From Eledone cirrhosa (taxonomy: Eukaryota): a stretch of DNA of 64,000 nucleotides. The position numbers and the translations under genes were made by a program. The notes below the pieces were generated by a model. It was not told the origin of the DNA. It was given only the letters and a program-made list of their open reading frames with translations, and did no database searches. This document shows, in pieces, positions 25,650 through 40,364 of this stretch. The stretch lies in assembly GCA_964016885.1 (NCBI GenBank), contig OZ024748.1, forward strand, positions 38,068,001 through 38,132,000, read 5' to 3'. The stretch's first letter is position 1; each line of letters begins with the position of its first letter.

Positions 25650-27542
25650 CTACCTTTCTGCTTCCCGGGGTTCAGGTCGCACGACTTCCATGGGGTCGGG
25701 AGTGTTGGGTGAAGGGGTGTCTTGTGGTGGTGTGGGGTCGTCAGTGTGTGGTGGGGTTGGGGTGTTTGGAGTTGTGTTGGGGAGGGGAAGGGGAGGGGGA
25801 AAGCTTTTTAGTAGGACGCGGTTTATGGGTTTGACAGAGGGTGGTCCTACGTCCTCCTTAAAATCCTTTTTTAGTTTTTGGTAGAGGTTCATTGGGATCT
25901 TTATTAATTTTAAATGTGGGTAGTTTTCTGAAGAAACAAAGTTTACACCTTCGGTTTGTACCGAAGGGTTATTGTTTATGAGTTCATTTAATTTATTATT
26001 GTTTCTGTTGATGTAAGTATAGTGTAATGTCTTTTTTTCGGATGGTGTGAGTGTTTCGAAGAGGGGAGGGGCAGGTTTGGTTTTGTTTGTTGCTGGAGGG
26101 GTGTTTTGTGTTTTGTTGGATTGTGTTGACATTTGGGTAGGGGTTGTTTGGCCTTGTGTGTTTTGCACATGTTTTCTTTTTTTCCTTTTAATCTGTCTGA
26201 AGGACTCCGTTTCTTCCTCCGAATTCGTTGGGTTATCTTCAGTGTTGGAGGGAAGAGGTATGTTTGCTGGTAATGTTTCCGTGTTGGTTTTCTTTGTGGG
26301 GGAGATGGATGTCACTATGTTAGACTGTGTTGTGTGTTGTGGCTGCGGTGGTTGTGTTGTTTTATTGAGTGAGGGGTTGGGTGAGACTGTGTTTTGTTTT
26401 GGGGTAATGTGTTGTGACTGTTTGTGTTGTGGTGGTGGTGTAGTTTTACTGAGGGACGGGTTGGGTGGGACTGAGTTTTGTTGTTTGTTTATCTGTTGTG
26501 GTGGTGGTGGAGCTGGTGTTGGTAGCAGGGTTTTCTTCTTGTTGAGTTGGGGACAAGCCGCCTTCAGGTGCCCTCTGCCTGCACAGATATGACAGGACGG
26601 CCTTCTCCCCTCCACGCTAATGTTTATATACCCGTGGCCCTCTAATAGGATTCTGTCGGGTATTTGGGCAATGCGTTCAGGCTTCATTTGCACTACAAGT
26701 TCTATACCTGTTCCACTGAACGCATTGCCTGTGGTTTTCCCAATGGAAATCACGTTGTCATTCGCTGGATCGATGAAGCTAGCTATGAGCCAGCAGTAGT
26801 CCACATCTGGCATCATCGCATCCAGCCATATGCGCTGAGTTCTTTTACCCATATAAGATGGATAAAAGGTAAAATTTGTCGAACGAATCGGCGACAAAGC
26901 ATATTTTTTTGCCGCCGATTCGTTCTTCATAATAATCGCTAGGCTTCCATACAGTCTGTCTCTTCTTATGAAAGTGGTTTCATTAAGTACTTCTGTAAGT
27001 ACTGCTTGTGTTGGTTGTTGAGGTTTTTTAGAAATGTTGTTGATGGTGTGGAAAACGACCGTCCGACTTTCAATGTCTTTGGTGAGTTCTTGAGGCATTT
27101 TTACCGATAAAATACCATTTTCCCCTTGAGTTATGTATTGTTTGGCGCTTTTAATTCTTTGTGCCACATCTGAAATATTTTCAGGTATATATGACAAAGA
27201 TTTCTTTGTTGTTTGTGCAAATGAAATATTATTGGTGTTGACTTTGTCGTCTGCTTTGCTTTCTGTTATGATGTTGTTTTCAAATGTTATTTTTGTGTTT
27301 GTTGTGTCTTTGTTTGTGGTATTAATATTGTCATGCAATTTTTCAAATTTTTTGTTGTTGTTGGAATCAATGTCCAGATTTGTGTTTTCGTCATTTTTCT
27401 CCGCACATTCGTCTGTTTTTATTTTATGTTTTCTTTCCTTCTCTATGACGTTAGTTGGGAAGGAAGGGGGGACTAAAGCGTGCGAGCTTACAACTCTTAC
27501 CGCTGTCCCCCCACCACTATTTTCGTTAGCTTCGTTTAACAT
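25650..27542 (-). CDS. LINE ORF1 with CCHC zinc knuckle
   Basis: CHICAGRGHLKAAC; located directly upstream of ORF2. Confidence 0.85.
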   Translation of the reverse strand: MLNEANENSGGGTAVRVVSSHALVPPSFPTNVIEKERKHKIKTDECAEKNDENTNLDIDSNNNKKFEKLHDNINTTNKDTTNTKITFENNIITESKADDKVNTNNISFAQTTKKSLSYIPENISDVAQRIKSAKQYITQGENGILSVKMPQELTKDIESRTVVFHTINNISKKPQQPTQAVLTEVLNETTFIRRDRLYGSLAIIMKNESAAKKYALSPIRSTNFTFYPSYMGKRTQRIWLDAMMPDVDYCWLIASFIDPANDNVISIGKTTGNAFSGTGIELVVQMKPERIAQIPDRILLEGHGYINISVEGRRPSCHICAGRGHLKAACPQLNKKKTLLPTPAPPPPQQINKQQNSVPPNPSLSKTTPPPQHKQSQHITPKQNTVSPNPSLNKTTQPPQPQHTTQSNIVTSISPTKKTNTETLPANIPLPSNTEDNPTNSEEETESFRQIKRKKRKHVQNTQGQTTPTQMSTQSNKTQNTPPATNKTKPAPPLFETLTPSEKKTLHYTYINRNNNKLNELINNNPSVQTEGVNFVSSENYPHLKLIKIPMNLYQKLKKDFKEDVGPPSVKPINRVLLKSFPPPLPLPNTTPNTPTPPHTDDPTPPQDTPSPNTPDPMEVVRPEPREAER

Positions 27543-27839
27543 TTCTGTCAGACGATTGAAATTTTATGCCACAAAATTTTAAAAAACAGGTGAAGATGAG
27601 CTGACCCACCGCCTGACAGTTCAGACGGGGGGTCAAGCTACACAATAGTATCAAAATTAAAATTGAACTTACAAAATTTCCGCAATAAATTTGAACAAAA
27701 CTTCTGCGCGAAGTGAATTACATCTACGCTGTAGAACAGACGACAGCTAGATTAATAGATAGATAGATAGATATGTTTCTTTATTTATAGATAGATACCC
27801 GTGCGTGTCTGGGTGCGTATGCGTTGGTGTGTAAGTATG

Positions 27840-27895
<56 letters not shown>

Positions 27896-27899
<4 letters not shown>

Positions 27900-28946
27900 G
27901 GAAAAAATGAAACGAAATTTCATTTCCCACTTTTAGTACGGCTGTTACTTAAATATAAGTATGTATACGTACATACATATATGTATACAGACGTACAGTA
28001 GTATGTAGATATATATATACATACATGCACACATATATATATATGTACGTATGGATTCACCGAACATGTTAACTTTGCCTTTCATCCTTATGGCGTTGAT
28101 ATAATAAAGTACCAGTAATACACTGGGTAATTGCTGGCCTTGTGCCAAAAGTAGAAACAATTATAATGCTCGGTGTGTTTGTAAACAAACATCCCGAATT
28201 AAGCCGTACAGTGTTAATATGCTTAAGGAAAGTGTATACTTTAAGACGTTCAATCATCTGGCAGGAAGGTATACGTTGCTGACGATAGCTAATAAGCTTG
28301 ACACTAGTACAGCGTTCCTTTGTCAGTGTTGAACAAAAGGGCAACGATGGTTGCTAAACACTGTACGGCTTAATACGGGATGTTTGTTTACAAACACACC
28401 GAGCATTATAATAAATGTTCGGTGAATCCATACGTACATATATATATATGTGTGCATGTATGTGTATACATACATACTACTGTACGTCTGTATACATATA
28501 TGTATGTACGTATACATACTTATATTTAAGTAACATCCGTACTAAGAGTGAGAAATGAAATTTCGTTTCATTTTTTCCATTTATCGTTTTCGGTGCGCCC
28601 GGCCGATTAACTCATTCGATATGCAAATTAGGCTGCTCAGCCGTTAAGATGCATAAGGAAAGTATATACTTTCAGACGTTCAATCATCTGGCAGGAAGGT
28701 ATACGGTGCTGACGATAGCTAATAAGCTTGAAACTAGTACATCGTTCCTTTGTCAGTGTTGAACAAAAGGGCAACGATGGTTGCTAAACACTGTACGGCT
28801 TAATTCGGGATGTTTGTTTACAAACACACCGAGCATTATAATAAATGTTCGGTAAATCCATACATACATATATATATGTGTGCATGTATGTGTATATATA
28901 CATTCTACTGTACGTCTGTATACATATATATATGTACGTATACATA

Positions 28947-28950
<4 letters not shown>
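27896..28950. mobile_element. Fold-back retrozyme-like insertion (family E, 430-bp unit), interrupted by a SINE
   Basis: Left arm 27896-28218; right arm about 1.7 tandem units. HHRs at 28273-28315 (GAAA mutated to GACA) and 28703-28745 (intact). Confidence 0.85.
28069..28162 (+). mobile_element. SINE family 1 3' half inserted in family E
   Basis: TTAACTTTGCCTTTCATCC..GTAGAAACAATT. Confidence 0.85.
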
Positions 28951-29019
<69 letters not shown>

Positions 29020-29104
29020 GTATTATGTGTGTGTATGTATATATGTGTAAATGTATATATGTATGTGTATACATGTATTACGTATGTGTATGCATATGTA
29101 TATA

Positions 29105-29227
<123 letters not shown>

Positions 29228-29749
29228 ATATATATGTATATATGTGTGATCATTATTGAATGACGTTCATCAGTAAACAATGTTTCTAAGTTTGGGAAGT
29301 CTTCCAATTATCTGATCTAGAAATTTGACAATTGCGTTGAATGTGTGTATATATTAGTGTGTGTATTGATGTATATATTATTGTATATATTGATGTATAT
29401 ATTAGTGTAAATAATGTTGTATATATTAATGTACATATTGGTGTATATATTGATATTGATGTCTTAATGTGTTATGTATGTGTGTCTATTGTATAAACAT
29501 CATGATATATATATAAATATAGATAGATATATACATATATATTGTGTTTATGTATGCGTATATATAACACCTATGTCTGCGTATGAGTATGTGGGTGTGT
29601 GAACAAATACATAAATCACTCTCTGTCACAAGAATATATACCCAATGTGTGTGTATATATGTATATAGTTACATGTTTATATATATGTATGGCTGTTTGG
29701 ATTTATGGATGTATGAATGCACGCATATATGTAGGTATATATGTAGGCA

Positions 29750-29781
<32 letters not shown>

Positions 29782-30029
29782 CATACCTACATAAATCTAG
29801 AAATATCTGCTCCACTGTCTGTCTGTGCATCTGTATATGCTGCTAACTAGATTATTAGTTCTACATATGTGTATAAAGGTGTTATTTATGAGTTTGTTGC
29901 GTAAATAAACGTCAATAAATAGCAAATATTGTTATGTTTTACTGGTGATAATTGCTGAAGAATCGATATTAATATTTCAACAAAACAACACAATACAACC
30001 AGAAACTGAGGCAAGTTTATTTTCGTCTC

Positions 30030-30102
<73 letters not shown>

Positions 30103-30172
30103 GTTTGTTTGTATGTATGTTTATACATATATTATATGTGTCTGTGTATATACATACGTATAAATATATATA

Positions 30173-31363
30173 TCTGTATATATAAAATTAAGTATGTGTG
30201 TGTCTGTGTGTCTGTGTGTCTGTGTATTACCTATAGGGGCCTACATCTTACAACCGATTTTCATTAAACTTTACAGGCTCATAGATTAGTCATCGGGGAG
30301 TGTTTTCTATATATCAGCGTATCGTTTTTTTTTTATTCTGGGGTCATTCTGCAGAAAAAAATCGATAGTGGGGTCACCTTTTTTTAGGTATCGAAAAATA
30401 AGATTTTTGACTCTAGCTCCCACATTTTGCCACCGATTTCGTTCAGATTTTAAAGCAATATAGAATTTATCATTGCACATCCTGTAATGGCTTTATATTT
30501 TGTATTTGTTGTTCGGGGACGGCGTGGCAGCCGCTTAAATATTCAGAAATACCACTTTTAGAATCAAATTTCCACTTTTTCGGCTCTAGCTCCCACATTA
30601 ATCAACCTACTTTGTTCAAATTTTACACTACGCTAGATCTGATTATTTCTCGTCTTAAAGTGTCTTTACATTTTGCATCTTTTGTTCAGGAACGGCGTGG
30701 CAGCCGCTTAAATATTCGAAAATACCACCTTTTCGCTCAAATTTCCGCATTTTCGGCTCTAGCTCCCACATTTTTCAACCGATTTCGTTCAAATTCGAAA
30801 CTTCAGCTCCACCTCACACATAAATCAATTTATTTGATTCAACTTTTATACTACGATAGAACCTATCATTTCACATCTTATAGTAGCTTTACACCTTGCA
30901 TTTTTTTGTTCAGGGACGGCGACCTATCATTAGCTCCCACATTTTTCAACCGATTTCGTTCAAATTCGAGACTTCGATCCACCTCACACATAAATCAATT
31001 TATTTGGTTCAACTTTTATACTACGATAGAACCTATTATTGCACATCTTATAGATGGTCAAAGGTAAAACGATGGCCACTGACGTCGTCTGAGCTTTTAG
31101 TTGTTTATTTGAGAATTCATCGGTTTCCAATCAAGTAGCGTGAGGAAATTTGGCTTAGTCTTAGAGGTCATTACCTCCATCCCCCAGCCTGCCCCTTCGT
31201 CAGTCACCCGCGTTTCTCAGTGATAGAGGTCATCATCACCCTCCCCCGCATGGCCTGTGTGTAGCCATAGATGAGTCATCGAGAAGCAGTCGCTAAGATC
31301 AACACCATTTCATCAAAGCAGATATTATTTTACCTACCCAGGCAATGCTGGGAACTGCTGCTA

Positions 31364-31364
<1 letters not shown>
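30173..31364 (+). mobile_element. Non-autonomous Helitron with internal ~173-bp tandem repeats
   Basis: 5' A|TC start, subterminal hairpin CCCAGGCAATGCTGGG (31337-31352), 3' CTAG|T end; repeat units at about 30411, 30583, 30757 and 30931. Confidence 0.8.
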
Positions 31365-31455
<91 letters not shown>

Positions 31456-31458
<3 letters not shown>

Positions 31459-32670
31459 AGGAGGTTATAGTTCACTTGAAGCATTGTGTAATGAGGTATA
31501 AACGTTTGTATATGTATAATAAAGCCAAAACAATGCAGGTATGGACATAGAATAAAGAATGCAAATGCAAAAGATATTGTTGACAATTAGTCTTTTACCT
31601 TAGATTTATTTAAATGTCCTTAATTTTCGAGATAATATCTCTTCTTCAGAGCGAAGTAAAGTTGTCAACCAGTGTTCTAAATAGCTTGCCAAGTCATGCT
31701 GACAGGAAATGGTATAGAGTATCTGTTCTATCTCTAATGTCAAAGGGTTAAGAATAGGTGGATAAAGAGTAGTCTCCCTTTAAAAGGGGTTTGTTTTTGT
31801 TTTATTTTTGTTTTTTGTATATACATGCCTGTTTAAGTGTGTGGGAGAATGCATGAAGGTGTAAGTATGTGTGTGTGTGTGTGTGAGTGTGAGAAGATAT
31901 GTCTATTCGTAAATGTGGGGGATAGGTGTTATCTCGTGTTAGAACTGGTTTTGTGTGTGTATGTGTGAGAGAGAATAAGTGGAGTTGTAAGCGTGTGTGT
32001 GTGTGTGTGTGCGTGTGTGCGTGTGTATGTGTGGGGTGTGTGTAAATATTGGGCTAGAAGCTCTATCATGTTATAAATTGGGTGTTGAGTTCTAGTCTAT
32101 TATTGATTGGTGGTTGTGTTTTGTCTATAATTAGTGCTTCCTTAATTCTAAGATTGCCAAGGTTTCTTTCCTTGGTTTCTATCCTAACTGTTATGGTTTT
32201 GTCGCTGTTTTTGCATTTAACTAGGTGTTTCTTAAATGAGGAAGCGTTAGTATTGAGGTGTTCTTTTATTCTTATGTGGAGTGGTCTGGTGGTGCTACCT
32301 ACGTAGAAGTTGTTGCATTTGTCACACTCTAGTCTGTATACGACGTAAGCCTGGTGGCATAGGCCTGTGTCGTTGATGGGGCAGTTGGCTAGTCTGCAGC
32401 AGTTGTCATGTCTGGTGGAGTGTCTTTTGGTTAGCTGGCCGCGTAGAGAAGGACCTGAGTGGGCCAGTTGGATATCTAGTCCCTCTCGTCTGATAGCTCT
32501 GCGGATGGCTGTTGTTGTTTCTTCACTGAAGTGTGGGAGCTTCAGGAAGCAAGTGTTAGTGCCTCGGGTGGAGGCAGATAAAATATACACAACATTCTCC
32601 AGCATGGACGCCAGTATAAAGTTCAGCATGGAGCACCCCGATTACCGCGGATCCCTATCCCTACCCCTCG
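31456..32670 (-). mobile_element. 5'-truncated PLE with GIY-YIG domain, 3' repeat with HHR and an inverted RT fragment
   Basis: VVYRLECDKCNNFYVGST.RPLHIRIKEH..IKEALII..PPIN. HHR core CUGAAGA..GAAA at 31625-31649 minus. Plus-strand DKIYTTFSSMDASIKFSMEHP at about 32577-32665. Confidence 0.85.
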
Positions 32671-32671
32671 T

Positions 32672-34019
32672 GGGTTTGGCATAATGGGAAAAAACAAATC
32701 CTCCATTCCCATTATGCCAAACCCATGACTTCCAAACATCTGATCCACCGAAACTCGGCCATTTCGGACCATACCAAAATCAACATACTGATTGCGGATT
32801 TGGTGCGGGTGATGAGAAATGTGTCCCGCATGTGCAACCCCGAAGAACTAGAGAGACACATACAACACTTCATCCACCGTATGCAGTTCTCTGGCTACAA
32901 TCAGAGAGATAGAATCAGAGTGTATAGAGGAGCCAGAACCAAATGGGAAAAAATGGTAAATAATGACATAAATGGGACCTGCCCCTTGTACAGGAGCAAA
33001 TTTTGGAATAGAATAGAAAGAACTAGGAACAAGGCTAATAGAATAAACTCATGGTATGATAGCAATAAATACCAGAGTATAATGTTCATCGATACAACCC
33101 CTAGAGGCGAACTAGCCTACAAATTTAGAAGGGCCTTAAATAAACATAAATTCAATATTAAGATAGTAGAAAGACCAGGTACCTCCGTAAAAACACTTAT
33201 TAGCAAGACATAACCCTTTTCAAAGACCCTCATGTATAGATAAGAAATGGATAACCTGTAAAATAAGCCCCCATATTAACTGTAAAACTAGAAATGTAGT
33301 GTATAGCATAAGATGTACTGAAGGACAATGTAGAGACAAAAATATAGTGTACATAGGTGAGAAAGCTCGTAGTATAGGGGAACGGATAAATGAACACTGG
33401 CGAGACCTTCAAGATAATAAAGAATCATCTGTACTCTACCAACATGCTAAGATAGAACACAAGGGTAAATTAGAGAACATAGAAATAAAAATAGAATCTA
33501 CACACAGAAAAGATGCAATGTTTAGACAAATTACAGAGGCAATAAACATAAAAGAATTACAACCAAAATTAAATAGAAAATATGAGTGGAACAGCAACAT
33601 CACAACTTACAATTAAGGACAAAATGAAAACACACACACACATAGAACAAACAACCAACCGGTAACATGTAAATAAACAAATAAATAAACAAATAGATAA
33701 ATGAACAGAAACACACACAGACACCCGGATGTAGCGCATGCGCAGACTGAGCACACAACACACACACAGAAACAAAATGGCGTAGGACAGAACAAAGGAG
33801 AGGCACAGAAACAAAGAAAGGAATCCCCAGTCACTGAAGAGGTCACAGAGTGTGTGACGAAAGGACTATGACTATATATAAACAACTATCTGGTTGTGGA
33901 ACCAACCAACCAGAAATTTATAAATTTATAAATTTGTAAATTTATAAATATATAATAAACTGAAGTGAAAGCAACTGGTGCGTGTGTTTCTTATTGGCAA
34001 CATGACCCTCCCAAAGTAT

Positions 34020-34020
<1 letters not shown>
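32672..34020 (+). mobile_element. 5'-truncated, frameshifted PLE (RT thumb plus GIY-YIG) with HHR
   Basis: HYAKPMTSK..SA..RMQFSGY; VVYSIRC..YIGEKARSIGERINEH..RQITEAINI..PKLNRK.EW; 19-bp inverted 5' end at 32672-32723. Confidence 0.85.
33829..33873 (+). ncRNA. Type I hammerhead ribozyme
   Basis: AGUCA-CUGAAGA-G-GUCACA..UGUGAC-GAAA-GGAC-UA/UGACU. Confidence 0.8.
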
Positions 34021-34056
<36 letters not shown>

Positions 34057-34498
34057 GTACAGGGTACTAGGAAAATCTAGAGAAAATTTGTTGAAATACG
34101 ACGAAATAGTCAAGTGTATCTCTACAACCCCACCGACCCCGTGGGGTTCAATGAACTGGTGAGCTACCTCTCCCATATTTTGTTTAGTATAATCATTTTA
34201 CCCACCCGTGGATTAACCCCCCACACACACATATATATATATATATTCCTAACTGGAAACTTTATAGTGTTAATTCCGTGAAACATTATACATATTTCAG
34301 TGACCCCACTTCACCATCTGAATATGATGCAAGGCCCACGTGATTTCATCTAGTGTTAGTTACATAATTAATTATATAAGAGAACAGGACTACGGTGAAC
34401 ACCGACTTTGATTTGGAGATGGTCTGCTGATTACCTGTTATTGTAACGGCAGATCATCGCATAATAGTGAGAGAGAGAGAAAGAGTGAGTGAGTGAGT

Positions 34499-34554
<56 letters not shown>

Positions 34555-34700
34555 CACAACAAATTAGCAAATTAGCAACATTTTTGTGGAACTAACTCGA
34601 ACTCTACACCGTACTCGTCCTCTGGACTGAGTGCTCTACTTATTACGGATATAACCTCCCGGTTTTTTACCACTCTATATATGCATATATATATATATAT

Positions 34701-34950
34701 ATTAGTTATGTAATAAACAACATAAGATAATTATTTCATTTACCAATGGTTTCTTGAAAGCAAACACATTTGCTTTCAGTCATCAGAATGAAAAAATCCC
34801 TGATGACTGAAAGCAAATTTGTTTGCTTTCAAGAAACCACTGGTAAATGAAATAATTATCTTATGTTGTTTATTACATAACTAATAAGATCTGTAACCTA
34901 CATAGAGCACTCTTTTTTCCTGGACCTTTCCGACGGAATTACTTCTTTTA
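34701..34950. mobile_element. Fold-back HHR insertion (family A)
   Basis: Arms 34701-34786 and 34800-34885, tail 34886-34950. Confidence 0.88.
34734..34793 (-). ncRNA. Type I hammerhead ribozyme
   Basis: UUUCAUU-CUGAUGA-10-bp stem II-GAAA-CCAUUGG-UA/AAUGAAA. Confidence 0.82.
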
Positions 34951-35322
34951 CACACACACACACACATATATATATGAAGGCCAACAGACTTTGGTGCGGG
35001 AATATATTACATTTTTATTCTAGTGATATGTAATAAGAATGTTATTTTTTATGTTGAAATATATGATGTACTTTTAAGTATATTTGTCTGTCAGTATATT
35101 GTTAGTGCTATGTTGTAGTATGTAGCATATGAAGATATATGATAATATGAAGTGTGATATCTTGATAATTGATAATTAATAATATCTCTTGATATACGAT
35201 GTTAGATCATGTTAGACCATGTTGATAATTTACTTCATCCATGATTTAGAAATCAATGAACACTGAACAATAATAATGGCGGACGACAGAGGGAAAATAT
35301 TAATAGAATCATTATTTAATGT

Positions 35323-35590
35323 GGAGGAGCGTGGCCTAGTGGTAACGGTGTTGGGCTTATGATTATAATATCGTGGGTTCAATTCCTGGGCTTGGTTGTG
35401 TCTTGTGTTCTTGAGCAAAACACTTCATTTCACGTTGCTTCAGTATACTCAGCTAAACATGAGTACCAGCAATAGCTGGAGGTTTAACCCTGCGATGGAC
35501 TGGCGTCCTGTCCAGTGGGGAGTCTTGTACTCTCAGTTGCTTCATGCCATGAAATCGGGATAAACACCGGAATAACGAGCTTTCTGGCTG
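35323..35590 (+). mobile_element. SINE family 2, near full length
   Basis: A and B boxes, CORE-like TTCTTGAGCAAAACACTT, and AACCCTGCGATGGACTGGCGTCCTGTCCAG. Confidence 0.82.
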
Positions 35591-35945
35591 AAGATAGATT
35601 TTAGTTATAGTATTTAGGAGAGTGGATAGTTGCTGATTATGGTCTGATGTGGTTGACTGAGCTGATGTGGTTGCTTGACTGAGATGTAGCCAGGACCCCA
35701 AAATATATTGTTTGCTACAATAATCAATACGAGAGGGCCACAATGAAATTTTCAACGAGAGTCCACATATCGTAACTGACTTACTCATCCTGATGAAATA
35801 TTTGTTTTTCTTTTCTCAACTTCCCATCTCTTTTTTTTATGAAGAAATAATACCCGTTACGTCGAGACTTTCATTTTGGTTTCCCAACAAGCGTGACACT
35901 AATCAGATTTTGGGTAATTCTTCTGTCTTATTTTAATATATATAC

Positions 35946-37255
<1,310 letters not shown>

Positions 37256-37287
37256 TATATATATATATATACACATATATATATATT

Positions 37288-37334
<47 letters not shown>

Positions 37335-37399
37335 TGGATCTAAACAACCCACAATTTTCCTCCAAATCACAGCGACATTAACTACAAGATGAAACGCTT

Positions 37400-39730
37400 T
37401 AGCCACTACTACAACAACATCAACAACATAAACAAGAATATATAACAACAACAACAACAACAATGCTACCATGTATGTCTGCAATAACAATACCTTCAAC
37501 ATCGTAAACCAGGACAACATTATGGTTGTACAATTGCAGAGTTAGGTGTAGTTAATAACCCAACAACAACAACAACAACTATATTGAAACAATAACAACA
37601 GCAATAACAACAACAACAATGACAGTATTGAGCTGTGGAACAAGAACATAAACAACAGCAACAACAAAGGTATTCACCAGTGCAGCAACAACAACAACAA
37701 CAACATTAAATATAGAACCAGCACCACAACAACAGCATAAATATAGAGCCACAACAACAACAACAACAACATTAACTATAGAGTCACAACAACAACAACA
37801 ATAACAACAACAACAACATTAACTATAGAGTCACAACAACAACAACAACAGAAATAGCAACAACAACAACAACAACAGAAATAGCAACAACAACAACATT
37901 AACTATAGAGTCACAACAACAACAACAAGATGAATATGAAAGGTAAAGTGTAAATAACAATATTAATTGCAAGAAAATTGATAGTGCAGTTATTGCAGCA
38001 GCAGCAGTGACAACAGCAACAGCAACAACAACGACAACAACAACAACAACAACAACAACAACGACAAGAGCGACGACAACAACAGAAATAGCAGCATTAA
38101 CATCAGTAACACCAACACTATCATCAATAACAACAATAACAACATTAATAGTAACAACAACAATAATGACATAAACATCAGTTACAGGAACATCACCAAC
38201 ACCACCACCACTACCACCACCAACACCAGAATCAGCACCACCACCATCACCACCACCACCACCACCACCATCACCAACACCACCACCACCACCAACACCA
38301 ACACCACCACCACCACCACCAACACCAGAACCAGCACCACCACCACCTCCACCAACACCACCACCACCACCACCAACACCAGAACCAGCACCACCACCAC
38401 CACCACCACCATCACCAACACCACCACCACCACCACCACCACCACCAACACCACCACCACCAACACCACCACCAACACCACCAACACCAGAACCAGCACC
38501 ACCACCACCTCCACCACCACCACCACCATCACCAACACCACCACCAACACCACCACCACCACCACCACCACCAACACCACCACCATCACCACCACCACCA
38601 CCACCACTAGAACAACCACCAAGAACACCACCAACACCAACAACAAAACCACTACAACACCACCACCCCCACCACACCACCACCCCCACCACAACCACCA
38701 CCACCACCACAACAACAACAATAACGGTAAGAGGCTTTATGCCACTCTTATATTCTCTAATGAAGTCTAAAATTGTAGAATTTAATGAATAACTCTTTTC
38801 TAAAGAAACAACTTTCTTTCTTTGAATCTTAGAAATATTTCATCCGGACTGAAGTCTCAATGGGACTACTACACACTACCACTACCACCACCACCACCAC
38901 CACCACCATCACACGACCACCAGTACCACCACAACCACCACCACTACCACCACAACCACCACCGCCACTACCACCACCACCACCACCACCATAACCACCA
39001 CCACCATCATACCACCACCACCACCACTATCACCACAACCACCACCACCACCACAACCACCACCACCACCACGACCACCACCACCACCATAACCACCACC
39101 ACCACCACACCACCACCACCACCACCACCACTACCACCACCACCACTACCACCACCAGCACTACAACTACCATCACCACCACCACCACCAACACCACACC
39201 ACCACCACAACCACCACTACCACCAACGCTTCCCCCCCCCAACGCTACACCACCGCCACAACCACTACCACCACCACCACTATCATCACCACCACACCAC
39301 CACCACTCCCACCACCACCACCACTACCACCACCACTACAACCACCACCACCAACGCCACACCACCGCCACAACCACTACCACCACCACCACCATCACAA
39401 CCACCACCACCATTACCACCACCACCACTACAACCACCATCACCACCACCACCACCACAACCACCACCACCACCAACGCCACACCACCACCAAACCACCA
39501 CCACCAACGCCACACCACCGCCACAACCACTACCACCACCACCACCATCACAACCACCACCACCATTACCACCACCACCACTACAACCACCATCACCACC
39601 ACCACAACCACCACCACCACCAACACCACACCACCACCAAACCACCACCACCACCACCACCACTACTACCACCACCACTACAACCACCATCACCACCACC
39701 ACCACCACCACGATCATTACCATTACCATT
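37400..39730. repeat. (CAA)n and (CCA)n trinucleotide tracts
   Basis: Seen directly, with a short unique gap at about 38725-38870. Confidence 0.9.
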
Positions 39731-39893
39731 AGTGTACAATAATTTCCATTAATCATTGGTTTGTTATAAATATAGCAATATAATGTCTTAGAAGGAGAAG
39801 TTACATAACCAGTGATGCAGCAACAGCGGTCGCTGAGATTACACTTTATTCCTCATTCATGACACTGTGTGCGTATATATATATTATCATATT

Positions 39894-39986
<93 letters not shown>

Positions 39987-40364
39987 GTTTATATATATAA
40001 TATTGAGATAAGCGGAACAAGTAAAATTCAAAAAATCTTTCAAAATAAATTCAAAAAATATTATTTCAATATTTACCTATTCATATTGCTTTTACCGACG
40101 GTTTCGCCTCACAAAAGATTGGAAATCCGTGGGACTTCCAATGGAAAGTTCGGCTCTTCAGAAAGCATTTTCCCTTATATAGGACGTAAAGTCCCACAGC
40201 CGGCAAATATATTGCCTTCAGCCAGCTAGTGCAGGATCGAATGGGGCCGTAAACCTGTCCTACACGGTTAAAGATGGCCGTAAACGTGACCAGTCGGTTA
40301 AAGATGGAGCGGTATTTATAACCTATGGGAAGGTGTCTATCTAAGAGGGCTAGAAATGTTTTGC

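Larger units (their letters stand above)
21982..27747 (-). mobile_element. Full-length defective L1/Tx1-type non-LTR retrotransposon inserted in (GATA)n
   Basis: ORF1 plus ORF2, 3' AATAAA followed by (TCTA)n, GATA repeats on both flanks. Confidence 0.92.

Noticed and set aside
29950-30030. CTGAAGA..GAAA as a hammerhead
   Set aside because: Stems I and II do not pair.
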